From an uncultured Methanomassiliicoccales archaeon (GTDB lineage Archaea; Thermoplasmatota; Thermoplasmata; Methanomassiliicoccales; Methanomethylophilaceae): a stretch of DNA of 64,000 bases. The stretch spans positions 6,450 to 70,449 of the forward strand of contig CAUFXM010000007.1 of assembly GCA_959597175.1 (NCBI GenBank). The letters are read 5' to 3'. This document shows positions 9,343 to 19,254 of the stretch, piece by piece (the first letter of the stretch is position 1; each line of letters opens with the position of its first letter). The position numbers and the translations under genes are program-made. The notes under the pieces were generated by a model that was given only the letters and a program-made list of their open reading frames with translations, was not told where the DNA came from and did no database searches.

Positions 9343-10257
9343 TCAGTTTCCCGACAGCGAATCAGATACGGTGTCCTCTGCGTATCTCCTGGAGACCTTG
9401 CTGAGCACGATGCCGAACACCAGTCCGGCCACGATCCCCACGACGGATGCAGGGACCATCACGCCGGCGTCCACGTCCGCCATGCTCTGGGCAGCCTGTA
9501 CGGCGACGGTGACGACCGACCCGGCTGTCATCCCGAGTATGCAGAAGTACGTGGACCTGCGGTGGTTGCGCATGAACCAGTCCACGATCCTGGAGAGTCC
9601 CAGCACGCCGACGATGAGGCCGATTCCAATAGGGATGAGCGCGGTGATTCTGTCTACGATCAGCGACATGTCCATGTCGCCGACGAGGTCCATCAGCGGG
9701 GTGTACAGGCCGATGGCCAGGAGTATCGCGGCTCCGCTGAGGCCCGGGACGATTTTGGAAAGGGCCACGACGACCCCGATCACGAACAGGAGGACCACGT
9801 CTGCCGCGTCCATCTCCACCAGCGAGATCCCTGAGTCGGACGATCCGAGGAAGAGGAACGAGACCATCACCGCGGCTCCGATGATGCACGCGGCGATGTT
9901 CCAGCCGGTCGGCTTGACCGTCCCGTCGTCGGACCCCTCGCGGCTCAGCCTGTAGATGTCTGGGAGCTGGCACAGGATGAGGGTGGCGAAGAAGAACATC
10001 ATGGCGACCTCCCAGTCCTGGAGGAGGGCGTCTATGCCCACGGCGCATATGACCAGGCCGACCACTATCCCGAGTCCGAGGGGTATGACGAACCCGAGGT
10101 CCTTCAGCAGCTTCTGCCTGATGTTGGCCAGATCGGATATCAGCCTCTCGTACACACCGAAAATGACAGCTATGATACCGCCGCTGGCGCCGGGCATCAT
10201 GGACATGATCCCGACCAGGGCGCCGACGAGGAAGTCCTTCGCAGCCTTGATACCCAT
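9343..10257 (-). CDS. DUF368-family membrane protein (polyprenyl-phosphate transporter family)
   Basis: Start at MGIKAAKDFLVG (ATG 10257); MPGASGG motif and about 8 TM segments. Confidence 0.7.
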   Translation of the reverse strand: MGIKAAKDFLVGALVGIMSMMPGASGGIIAVIFGVYERLISDLANIRQKLLKDLGFVIPLGLGIVVGLVICAVGIDALLQDWEVAMMFFFATLILCQLPDIYRLSREGSDDGTVKPTGWNIAACIIGAAVMVSFLFLGSSDSGISLVEMDAADVVLLFVIGVVVALSKIVPGLSGAAILLAIGLYTPLMDLVGDMDMSLIVDRITALIPIGIGLIVGVLGLSRIVDWFMRNHRRSTYFCILGMTAGSVVTVAVQAAQSMADVDAGVMVPASVVGIVAGLVFGIVLSKVSRRYAEDTVSDSLSGN

Positions 10258-10376
10258 GCAGCGGCAATCGGCTATCGCGTTATAAAGTGGGCGGTGCCGT
10301 TGGTCAGTCCATCCGCGGGGCAGCGGTCCGGCATCACCCAAATTGTCTATATTACGTCGGTCATCATGTGCACATC

Positions 10377-10868
10377 ATGGCAGACATCATGATCCGTAAG
10401 AGGAAGAGGATGAGGAGCAAGGAGGTCAAGGCCCTCGCCGGCGAGATGGAGGGCATCTTCGGGGTGCCCCTGTTCACAGAAGAGGACGGGGTAGACATGG
10501 CCGAGAGCTCCGATTTCGACCTGATCTTTGTCAAAGGGGACATACTGGGATTGGTGAGGGAGGGGAAGCCCTTCCTGACCATCAGGGGGATCCTCAAGTA
10601 CAGGCCCGATAGGAGGGCTGTCACGGTGGACATGGGCGCCGTCCCGTTCGTCACCAATGGCGCCGACGTGATGGGCCCAGGCATCACGGACGCCGATCCA
10701 GATATCGCGGAGGGCGACATGGTGTGGATCAGGGACTGCAGGAACGGAGCGCCTCTGGCGATAGGTGTCGCCCTGAGGTCCGGGGCCGAGATGTCCTCCA
10801 AGGCGCCTGGCAAGGCGATCAAGACGATACACTTCGTCGGTGACAAACTGTGGAAGACCGGTGAGTGA
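10377..10868 (+). CDS. PUA-domain RNA-binding protein
   Basis: Start at MADIMIRKRK (ATG 10377); C-terminal GADVMGPGI...GDMVWI...PLAIG PUA signature. Confidence 0.65.
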   Translation: MADIMIRKRKRMRSKEVKALAGEMEGIFGVPLFTEEDGVDMAESSDFDLIFVKGDILGLVREGKPFLTIRGILKYRPDRRAVTVDMGAVPFVTNGADVMGPGITDADPDIAEGDMVWIRDCRNGAPLAIGVALRSGAEMSSKAPGKAIKTIHFVGDKLWKTGE

Positions 10869-12191
10869 ATGGGCGGTCCGAAGATCGTCCAGGACCCTGT
10901 GCACGGGAGCATCGAGCTCGACGGGGTGTTCCTGGAGGCGGCGGACCGTCATGAGATGCAGAGGCTCAGGTCCGTGAAGCAGCTTGGCCTGGGCAACCTG
11001 GTGTTCCCGGGAGCCAACCACACGCGTTTCGAGCACTGTCTCGGCACGTATCATCTGGCAGGGAGGATGGCCGAGGCCATCGGGCTGGGGCGCGAGGACT
11101 CCGACTCGGTCCGCATGGCCGGTCTCCTCCACGACATATGCCACCCTCCGTTCTCGCACGCCTTGGAACCGGTCATGGAGGCCGCCACGGGCCTGGACCA
11201 CATGGAGCTGGCGAGAGCGCTGATCATGGGGGATGTCCCGGACCATCTCCCGGAGTACGACGACATCCTCGGGGGAAGGGACTCCATTGCGGAGATGATG
11301 GAAGCGGAGGGCATCTCGCCGGAGGCGGTCTGCGGCTACATATGCTCTCCCGAGTCCACAGGCGAAGAGGTCCTGGACAGGTTCTGGGACAAGCACGAGT
11401 ACTTCCCATCCAAGGACTATGCCCACCAGATCATCCATGGGCCGGTAGATGCCGATCAGATGGACTACCTCATGAGGGATGCACACCACACGGGTGTGTC
11501 CCATGGGAGCATAGATTCAGAGCGTCTCATCAAGACGATGATGGTCATGAACGACAGGATAGTCCTCCGCAGGGGAGGCATCACCGCGGCGGAGGGGCTC
11601 ATGGTCTCCAGATCGCTCATGTACACGGCGGTGTACTTCCATGAGACCGTTCGCATCGCCCAGAGGATGCTGGTGAAGGCGGTGGAGTCATCCGGTCTGG
11701 ACCTCTCCGACATCTACCTGCGCGGGGACCAGGACCTGATGCGCATGGCCAGGGACTCAGGAGGGAAGCCGGCAGCGATAGTCCGCAGGCTGGACACAAG
11801 GATGCTGGACAAGAAGGCGTTCGCGGTCTACAGCGAGGACATGACGGAGGAGAAGGCGGAGGTCCTGCTGGAGTACGCCGGCAGGGAGGGAGCCAGCAGG
11901 CTCGAGTCGGAGGTCGCCGACGCCGCAGGCCTGGACGTCATGGACGTCTGCGCCGAGGTCACATCCAAATCCAACCTCCAGGGGAGGATGAGGATAGGGA
12001 AGACCGATGTGGCCATCGCCGACGACGGCGGACGCATCAAGTCGCTGGCCAGGTTCTCGCCGATAGCCAGGGCGCTGCAGGCGAGGGACCCCTACGGCTG
12101 GGCGGTGCTAGTGTCGGCCCCTCCGGACAGCCGCGAGAGGGTCAGGCGGGCCGCCGAGAAGGTCCTCGGGATGAGGGCCGGCGGCCAGTGA
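10869..12191 (+). CDS. HD-domain phosphohydrolase (dNTP triphosphohydrolase-like)
   Basis: RFEHCLGT, LLHDICHPPFSH, DADQMDYLMRD motifs. Confidence 0.8.
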   Translation: MGGPKIVQDPVHGSIELDGVFLEAADRHEMQRLRSVKQLGLGNLVFPGANHTRFEHCLGTYHLAGRMAEAIGLGREDSDSVRMAGLLHDICHPPFSHALEPVMEAATGLDHMELARALIMGDVPDHLPEYDDILGGRDSIAEMMEAEGISPEAVCGYICSPESTGEEVLDRFWDKHEYFPSKDYAHQIIHGPVDADQMDYLMRDAHHTGVSHGSIDSERLIKTMMVMNDRIVLRRGGITAAEGLMVSRSLMYTAVYFHETVRIAQRMLVKAVESSGLDLSDIYLRGDQDLMRMARDSGGKPAAIVRRLDTRMLDKKAFAVYSEDMTEEKAEVLLEYAGREGASRLESEVADAAGLDVMDVCAEVTSKSNLQGRMRIGKTDVAIADDGGRIKSLARFSPIARALQARDPYGWAVLVSAPPDSRERVRRAAEKVLGMRAGGQ

Positions 12192-12196
12192 CCGGA

Positions 12197-13648
12197 TCAG
12201 CCCTTTATCACGCCGATCGGAGTGAGCTTGGCGACCTTGGAGGTGAGGCCCGCATCGCATACCACGGCGATGACCTCGTCCACGTCCTTGTAGGCCTCGG
12301 GGGCTTCCTCCAGGACGCCCTCCAGGGAGCCGTTCCTCAGGTAGACGCCCTTCTCGGACATCTCGCGCATGACGCCGTCGACCGTCAGCGAGTCGATGGC
12401 CGCCTTCCTGGACATCTTCCTTCCGGCGCCGTGACAGGAGGATCCGAACGTCTGCTCCATCGATCCCTTCCTTCCCGCCAGGACGTAGGTCCCAACGGAC
12501 ATGTCGCCGGGAATGATGACCGGCTGGCCAACATCGCGGTACCTCATCGTGATCTCGGACCTGCCTGGTGCGAAGGCGCGGGTGGCCCCCTTCCTGTGCA
12601 CGAGAACGTCCTCGTGGTGGCGGTCTATGTCGTGGCGCTCCTTCTTGGCGATGTTGTGCGCCACATCGTAGACGACGTCCATCCCCATGCTCTCTGCGGA
12701 ATCCCCGAGTATCCTCTCGAAGGACTCCCTCACCCAGTGGGTGATCATCTGCCTGTTGGCCCAGGCGTAGTTGGCCCCGCAGCACATGGCCCTGTAGTAG
12801 TCGTCCCCCAGCTTGGAGTCCAAGGGTGCGCATGCCAGCTGCCTGTCGGGGAGGCTGACGGAGTTCTGCTTGATGTAGCGCTCCATCTGCTGGAGGTAGT
12901 CCGTGGCGATCTGGTGCCCGCATCCGCGGGAGCCGCAGTGGACTGTGACGGTGAGGGTGCCCTCTTTGAGCCCGTAGACCTTGGCGGTGCGCTCGTCGAA
13001 GACGTTCTCCACAAGGTCCAGCTCCAGGAAGTGGTTGCCCGACCCTAGGGACCCCAGCTGCGGGAGCCCTCTCTTGCGGGCCTTGTCGCTGACCGTGGTT
13101 ATGTCGGCGTCCTCCATGTGGCCGCGCTCCTCGGTGACGTCCAGGTCCCTCTCCCAGCCGTATCCGTTCTCGACGGCCCACTCGGATCCGTTGGCGAGTA
13201 TCTCGTCCAGCTCCTTGTAGCCCACCTTGGTCAATCCCTTGGAGCCCAATCCGGAGGGGACGTTCCTGTACAGCTCGTCAACGAGCTCGTCCTTCCTGCC
13301 GCCCAGGTCGTCGAGGGTCAGGTCGGTCTTGATGAGTCTGACGCCGCAGTTGATGTCGAACCCTATCCCTCCGGGGGAGATGGATCCGGAGTCCTGGTCG
13401 ACCGCGGCCACACCGCCTATCGGGAACCCGTATCCCCAGTGGATGTCCGGCATGGCCATGGAGCTGCCCACGATCCCGGGGAGGCACGCCACGTTCGCAG
13501 CCTGCTGGGGGGCGTTGTCGGCGCGGATGGATGAGATCATCTCCTCACTGGCGTAGATGACCGCGTTGGTCTTCATCCCCGTGGATTCATCCATGGGGAT
13601 CTCCCATCTGTTGTCGTCGATCCTGTTGAGCTTGCCTTCCCATGCCAT
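12197..13648 (-). CDS. rtcB: RNA-splicing ligase RtcB
   Basis: GGIGFDINCG, GSGNHF, HCGSRG, SSCHGAGR motifs; 483 aa. Confidence 0.95.
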   Translation of the reverse strand: MAWEGKLNRIDDNRWEIPMDESTGMKTNAVIYASEEMISSIRADNAPQQAANVACLPGIVGSSMAMPDIHWGYGFPIGGVAAVDQDSGSISPGGIGFDINCGVRLIKTDLTLDDLGGRKDELVDELYRNVPSGLGSKGLTKVGYKELDEILANGSEWAVENGYGWERDLDVTEERGHMEDADITTVSDKARKRGLPQLGSLGSGNHFLELDLVENVFDERTAKVYGLKEGTLTVTVHCGSRGCGHQIATDYLQQMERYIKQNSVSLPDRQLACAPLDSKLGDDYYRAMCCGANYAWANRQMITHWVRESFERILGDSAESMGMDVVYDVAHNIAKKERHDIDRHHEDVLVHRKGATRAFAPGRSEITMRYRDVGQPVIIPGDMSVGTYVLAGRKGSMEQTFGSSCHGAGRKMSRKAAIDSLTVDGVMREMSEKGVYLRNGSLEGVLEEAPEAYKDVDEVIAVVCDAGLTSKVAKLTPIGVIKG

Positions 13649-13809
13649 CTGTGCGACCTCTGATGGCGATGGATGGTCGGCTGCTCTTAAATGTTCGCGG
13701 TGGAAGCTCTCCGCGGGAGGGTCCGGCTACCAGGCCGATTATGGCGAAGAGGTGCGCCTCCCCGTCTCCGGGGAGGAAGGCGGGTCCGAACGGACCCGTT
13801 TCGGAGAGG

Positions 13810-14958
13810 TCACTCGTCAGGTCTTCCCAGGACGAGTCCGACCACGATCGCCGCCACGACGACTGCCACGACCAGCGCAACCAGCGAAGCGGATGTTACC
13901 GACCCATCCTCCTCATCGCCGATGCCCTCTATCGGGACGACGGTGTAGGTGGTATAGTCGCCGAACATGGAGTCCTCTATCCCGGTGAAGTCGGTGTGCA
14001 CGGTCACATCCGCCCCCTGCAGGGAGGTCCCGAGGTCGAACGCGCCGGACTGTATGCGGATGTCCGTGGGCATGATGAGGATCGTGTCGACATTCACGCA
14101 GCCCATGAACGCGGAGCCGTCGATCAGTAGCACGGACTCCGGGATGACGATCCTGGACAGGCCCTCGCAGTAGTTGAAAGCGTCCGGTACATGCATCACC
14201 CCGTCCTGTATGACCAGGCTGGATATCGCGGAGAAGTTGAAGGCCCCGTTCCCGTACTCCGTCCCGGCGAGGACGACGGCGGTCCCGATGTCGCTGTGGT
14301 CGAACGCGAACGGCTCCACGGTGGTGACGTGCCCTCCGTAGACAACGTTCGTCAGGGAGGATCCCTGGAACGCGCAGCGTCCTATGGTGGACACAGACTC
14401 CGGCACGGTGTACTCGCCCGTCCTGCCGGCGGGGAAGTACACGAGCTCGGAGCCGTCCTGCGAGAACACGACCCCGTCATCGGACACGTAGCGTCCCTCG
14501 CCGGTGAGGTTGACTGCGGTGAGCGAATCGCAGTTCTCGAACATCACGCCAGATATGACCATCATGTCCGCTGGCATCGTGACCGTCTCGAGTGATGTGC
14601 ATCCCGAGAAAGTGTACTCGGTGATCTCGATGATCGTGTCCGGCAGCGTGACCGATGTGATCTCCGTGTTGTACGTGAACGTGTCCGAGGCGAGGACGAC
14701 CGTGTACGTTACTCCCTCGTACTCCACCTCCGACGGGACGACGACGTCGGTGCCCGTGTAGGCGGTCACCACAGCCAGACCCGCCGTGTCCGACGTGATG
14801 TACTCGAAGTCGCCGTCCGTGAACGTGACCGCATCCGTCTCCTCCATCGGGATGAGGGCGGTCGCGGCGACGGCCAGGAACAAGAAGGCCATCGCCAGGG
14901 TCGCCGTGCGGCATCTCCTGCTTCTGAACGTTTCGATGTTATCATCTCCAAAGGGCAT
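13810..14958 (-). CDS. BspA-type leucine-rich-repeat cell-surface protein
   Basis: Repeats with F..C..L..V pattern (FSGCTSLETVTMP, FENCDSLTAVNL, FNYCEGLSRIVIP, FMGCVNVDTILI); N-terminal hydrophobic segment and C-terminal TM LVALVVAVVVAAIVVGLVL. Confidence 0.75.
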   Translation of the reverse strand: MPFGDDNIETFRSRRCRTATLAMAFLFLAVAATALIPMEETDAVTFTDGDFEYITSDTAGLAVVTAYTGTDVVVPSEVEYEGVTYTVVLASDTFTYNTEITSVTLPDTIIEITEYTFSGCTSLETVTMPADMMVISGVMFENCDSLTAVNLTGEGRYVSDDGVVFSQDGSELVYFPAGRTGEYTVPESVSTIGRCAFQGSSLTNVVYGGHVTTVEPFAFDHSDIGTAVVLAGTEYGNGAFNFSAISSLVIQDGVMHVPDAFNYCEGLSRIVIPESVLLIDGSAFMGCVNVDTILIMPTDIRIQSGAFDLGTSLQGADVTVHTDFTGIEDSMFGDYTTYTVVPIEGIGDEEDGSVTSASLVALVVAVVVAAIVVGLVLGRPDE

Positions 14959-14997
14959 GGCCCGTTGGGAAGGAATCGGGTTGCAGGATATAGGATG

Positions 14998-16020
14998 TTA
15001 TTGTCTGTTCCGGTCTGTTCGTCTGGAACATGGGACGGGTATCGTGTGCCTCTCCAGTGATGCGGTGTCCCCGAACGCCCAGGCCACCAGTTCCGCCAGA
15101 TGCATGGACGGTCTCCCTCCCGGGACGGCGTCGTACTGCTTCTGGCACATGGGGCATCCAACGACGATTACATCCGCGTCAGCCGCGGCATCCTGCCTCT
15201 CGGCCATCATGGCCTCGCCGACGTTCCTGTTGCCCTTCCCGCAGCATCCTGGCTCGTACATCACGGGGACGCATCCAATGGCCCTGACGACCTCAACCAT
15301 CCGATCCCTGTAGCCGATGGCGGCGCACCCCGGCTCCACTGCCACCTTCAGGGGCACGTCCAATCTCGGCAGCCTGTCCATGTGCTCGTGCAGGAAACCG
15401 ATCAGGTGGATGCTGTCCACCCCGACCATGCCGAATGCCTCGTCGCATCCCCCGCAAAGGGAGACCATGGTCCTCCCGCCGGCGGTCTCGCCCATCCCCA
15501 GGAGGTAGCCCTTCCTCTCCTCGTCCTCCATGGTCCCGAACTGTATCGGGTACATGCAGCACTTGAAATCAGGGAGCTCCGAGGCGGCGAAGCCCATCCC
15601 CCTCAGGGCGGAGGAGGCCGCGTACTCCACATAGGGGACCTCGCACTTGGCGACACAACCAGGCATGACGTATACCTCGTCGCCGGTCCATACGGGCTCC
15701 AGATCGGATCCCGGGGCGTCCTCGGAGACGTATCTGGACAGCCCGGTGTCTTTGAACGCCTGGCTTACCGGCACGTCCAGGAGCAGGCTGTACGCGGCGA
15801 GCATGACGAGCTTCGGATGGCATCCCTGCTCGCAGGTCCTGGAGCAGTAACCGCATCCGACGCACCCGAAGACCTTCTCGAGGTCCCCCTCCATCACGGC
15901 CTGCGGGTCGCACCCGCCGTGCCTGTGGGACGGGCAGGCGTCGGTGCACGCACCGCACCCGATGCACTTGGAGCGGAATTCATCCAGATTGTCGCGTATC
16001 CTGGTCATGCGGGCTCTCAC
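14998..16020 (-). CDS. hdrD: HdrD/GlpC-family Fe-S protein (2x[4Fe-4S] + two CCG domains), heterodisulfide reductase D-like
   Basis: CIGCGACTDACP and CVGCGYCSRTCE; CCG-type motifs KCCMYP, PGCCGKG, GCPMC. Confidence 0.65.
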   Translation of the reverse strand: MRARMTRIRDNLDEFRSKCIGCGACTDACPSHRHGGCDPQAVMEGDLEKVFGCVGCGYCSRTCEQGCHPKLVMLAAYSLLLDVPVSQAFKDTGLSRYVSEDAPGSDLEPVWTGDEVYVMPGCVAKCEVPYVEYAASSALRGMGFAASELPDFKCCMYPIQFGTMEDEERKGYLLGMGETAGGRTMVSLCGGCDEAFGMVGVDSIHLIGFLHEHMDRLPRLDVPLKVAVEPGCAAIGYRDRMVEVVRAIGCVPVMYEPGCCGKGNRNVGEAMMAERQDAAADADVIVVGCPMCQKQYDAVPGGRPSMHLAELVAWAFGDTASLERHTIPVPCSRRTDRNRQ

Positions 16021-16104
16021 GGGATGCCGATTCTTAATGGATGCTGCTGGGAGGTTCGATATAGTCGATAGTCGATATCATCCCGACGCGCGAGTGTCAG
16101 GTGA

Positions 16105-17121
16105 TTGACTATGGAGAAGAGGTTGCTTGGTGGGCTGAGGGTATCGCCGATAGGTGTCGGATGCATGGGGTTCTCCCACGGGTACGGGGACATCCCCTCT
16201 GAAGACTACAGTGTCGATGCGATCCGTGCGGCGTATGATTTCGGCTGCACGTTCTTCGATACCGCGGAGTCGTACAGTCCCAACCTCGCCGGCATAGGCC
16301 ACAACGAGCTCATAGTAGGCAAGGCGGTGAGGGACTTCCGCGATGACGTGGTTCTCGCGACCAAGCTCCGTCTCGATCCGGAGGAGGTCGAGAGGGAGGG
16401 CGCGTACGGCGCGGCCCTGAGGCACCTGAAGGGATCGATGGAGCGTCTCGGCACCGATCATGTCGACCTCTACTATCTGCACAGGGTGAACCGTGCTGTC
16501 CCGGTGGAGGAGGTCGCGGTGGCGATGGGCAGGCTTGTGGAAGAGGGGCTCATCGGCGGATGGGGGCTGTCCCAGGTGGACGTGGGCACGATACGCAGGG
16601 CCCATGAGGTCGCTCCCGTCTCGGCGGTCCAGAACATCTACTCAATGGTGGAGAGGGGGGTGGAGAGGGACGTCATCCCGTACTGCATGGAGAACGGCAT
16701 CGGGGTGGTCCCGTTCTCGCCGATAGCCAGTGGTCTCCTTTCCGGAAAGGTGACCCCATCCACCGACTTCTCCCATCCGGACGACGTCAGGAAGTTCGTC
16801 CCGCAGCTCAAGCCGGAGAACATCGGCGGGAACCAGCCTCTGCTGGACGTGATAAGGAGGTTCGCAGAGGCGAAGGGCGCCACGATGGCCCAGATGTCCC
16901 TGGCATGGATGCTCCGCAAGTACCCCAACGTGGTCCCGATCCCCGGGTCGAAGAACAGGGGGAGGATCCTGGAGAACCTGGGGGCGTGGAACGTGCGCCT
17001 CTCCGACTCGGAGTTTGCCGCCCTGGAGGGCGCCCTGGATTCCGTGGAGGTCCATGGGGAGAGGGGGTACGTGCAGTTCGACGGCGACAGCATGAGCAGC
17101 TGGGGGAGTGAGAAGAGATGA
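16105..17121 (+). CDS. aldo/keto reductase
   Basis: GVGCMGFS...FFDTAESY...DLYYLHR...IPGSKN motifs; 338 aa. Confidence 0.85.
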   Translation: MTMEKRLLGGLRVSPIGVGCMGFSHGYGDIPSEDYSVDAIRAAYDFGCTFFDTAESYSPNLAGIGHNELIVGKAVRDFRDDVVLATKLRLDPEEVEREGAYGAALRHLKGSMERLGTDHVDLYYLHRVNRAVPVEEVAVAMGRLVEEGLIGGWGLSQVDVGTIRRAHEVAPVSAVQNIYSMVERGVERDVIPYCMENGIGVVPFSPIASGLLSGKVTPSTDFSHPDDVRKFVPQLKPENIGGNQPLLDVIRRFAEAKGATMAQMSLAWMLRKYPNVVPIPGSKNRGRILENLGAWNVRLSDSEFAALEGALDSVEVHGERGYVQFDGDSMSSWGSEKR

Positions 17122-17197
17122 GGGCCGGGACCGAGATTTGAACCCGAGTCAAGGGATCCACAGTCCCCTAGGATAACCAAGCTACCCTATCCCGGCC
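17122..17197 (-). tRNA. tRNA-His (GTG)
   Basis: Reverse complement GGCCGGGATAGGGTAGCTTGGTTATCCTAGGGGACTGTGGATCCCT...GGTTCAAATC...TCCCGGCC folds as cloverleaf with extra 5' G(-1); anticodon loop CTGTGGA. Confidence 0.9.
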
Positions 17198-17341
17198 ATG
17201 ATGTGAGACCGCCTAATCCGTTCCCTTACATAAAGGTTACCATGTTTGGACATTGATAACGCCAAATATAAGAAGACGGAGGCATACATGGGGACCATCC
17301 GGCCCCCAGGACGCGCACGCGCGACCGCGCCGGGACATGAG

Positions 17342-19105
17342 ATGATTACGATGAAGGCACTCTACGCTGACGGTTCGGTGCGCGAGACGGATGACGAACT
17401 CCCTGTCATCAGGCACACCGCCTCCCACATCATGGCACAGGCGGTCCAGAGGCTCTGGCCCGGAACCAAGCTGGCCATCGGCCCCGCCATCGACGACGGG
17501 TTCTACTACGACTTCGACAAGGAGGGCGGGTTCACCCCGGAGGACCTCGAGAGGATCGAGGCCGAGATGAAGAAGATCATCAAAGAGAACCTGAAGCTGG
17601 AGACGTACACCCTGCCCAGGGACGAGGCGATCGAGTACCTGAAGTCCAGGGGCGAGGACTACAAGGTGGAGCTGGTGGAGGACCTGCCCGAGGATGCCCC
17701 GATCAGCTTCTACAAGCAGGGGGAGTTCGTGGACCTCTGCGCAGGGCCCCATGCCCTCTACACCAAGGGTGTCAAGGCGTTCAAGCTGCTCTCCCTCGCC
17801 GGTGCGTACTGGAGGGGAGACGAGCACAACAAGATGCTCTCGAGGATCTACGGTACCGCGTTCGACAGCAAGGAGAAGCAGGAGGCCCACCTCACCATGC
17901 TGGAGGAGGCGAAGAAGAGGGACCACAGGAAGCTGGGGAAGGAGCTTGGACTGTTCGCAATCATGGAGGAGGGCCCCGGGTTCCCGTTCTTCCTGCCTAA
18001 GGGGATGATCCTGAAGAACAGCCTCATCGACTACTGGAGGGAGATCCACATCCGCGAGGGGTACCAGGAGATCTCCACCCCCATGATCCTCAACCAGGCC
18101 CTGTGGCTCAGGTCCGGGCACTGGGACCACTACAAGGACAACATGTACACCACCATGATCGATGACGAGGTGTACTGCGTCAAGCCCATGAACTGCCCCG
18201 GGAGCATCCTGGTGTACAAGACCGAGCCGAGGTCGTACAGGGACCTGCCCCTGAAGCTCGGAGAGCTCGGAGTGGTCCACAGGCACGAGAAATCCGGGAC
18301 CCTGCACGGGCTGTTCAGGGTCAGGTGCTTCACCCAGGACGATTCGCACATCTACATGACGCCCGACCAGATCGAGGATGAGATCGAGGGAGTCGTCAGG
18401 CTCATCGACGAGGTCTACTCAAAGTTCGGGTTCAAGTACCACGTGGAGCTGTCCACCCGTCCGGAGAACAGCATGGGCTCCGACGAGGACTGGGAGATGG
18501 CCACCTCCGCCCTGGAGAACGCGTTGAAGACAATGGGCCTGGAGTACGTGGTGAACGAGGGCGACGGGGCCTTCTACGGACCGAAGATCGACTTCCATCT
18601 GGAGGACTGCCTCGGCAGGACCTGGCAGTGCGGGACGATCCAGCTGGATTTCCAGATGCCCCAGAGGTTCGAGATCGAGTACACCGGTTCCGATGGCGAG
18701 AAGCACAGGCCGATCATGATCCACCGCGTGGTCTTCGGCAGCATCGAGAGGTTCATAGGGATCCTCACGGAGCACTACGCCGGGAAGTTCCCGGTCTGGC
18801 TGGCGCCGGTGCAGGTCAGGGTGCTCTCGGTATCCGAGAAGTCCTTCGACTACGCGTCCAAGGTTGCCGCGGATCTCAAGGCCGCAGGCGTAAGGGTCGA
18901 GCTGGACAACAGTGACAACAAGATCGGATACAAGATCCGTGAGGCGCAGCTCCAGAAGATCCCCTACATGCTGGTCCTGGGCGAGAAGGAGACCTCCGAC
19001 GGCACCGTCGTCACCGTCAGGACGAGGGACGGCCAGGATCTCGGCCAGATGCCCATGTCCGAGTTCGTCGCCAAGGTGACCAAGGAGATCGCCGACAGGT
19101 CCTGA
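17342..19105 (+). CDS. thrS: threonine--tRNA ligase (bacterial-type N2 editing domain, no TGS domain)
   Basis: RHTASHIMAQA (HxxxH), RDHRKLGKELGLF, class II catalytic and anticodon-binding regions; ATG 17342 chosen, ORF opens at TTG 17246. Confidence 0.9.
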   Translation: MITMKALYADGSVRETDDELPVIRHTASHIMAQAVQRLWPGTKLAIGPAIDDGFYYDFDKEGGFTPEDLERIEAEMKKIIKENLKLETYTLPRDEAIEYLKSRGEDYKVELVEDLPEDAPISFYKQGEFVDLCAGPHALYTKGVKAFKLLSLAGAYWRGDEHNKMLSRIYGTAFDSKEKQEAHLTMLEEAKKRDHRKLGKELGLFAIMEEGPGFPFFLPKGMILKNSLIDYWREIHIREGYQEISTPMILNQALWLRSGHWDHYKDNMYTTMIDDEVYCVKPMNCPGSILVYKTEPRSYRDLPLKLGELGVVHRHEKSGTLHGLFRVRCFTQDDSHIYMTPDQIEDEIEGVVRLIDEVYSKFGFKYHVELSTRPENSMGSDEDWEMATSALENALKTMGLEYVVNEGDGAFYGPKIDFHLEDCLGRTWQCGTIQLDFQMPQRFEIEYTGSDGEKHRPIMIHRVVFGSIERFIGILTEHYAGKFPVWLAPVQVRVLSVSEKSFDYASKVAADLKAAGVRVELDNSDNKIGYKIREAQLQKIPYMLVLGEKETSDGTVVTVRTRDGQDLGQMPMSEFVAKVTKEIADRS

Positions 19106-19254
19106 TCCAACAATAGAAACGGGGCCCCCGGGCCATTCTCCGGGGGCATCCCATCACTTCCCATCAGTGTTCCGAAGGTTCTTCCGCCCATTGCCATCGA
19201 TTCAAATTATTTAGCAAAAACTAATTGATAAAAACTAATTAATATGCGGATTCC

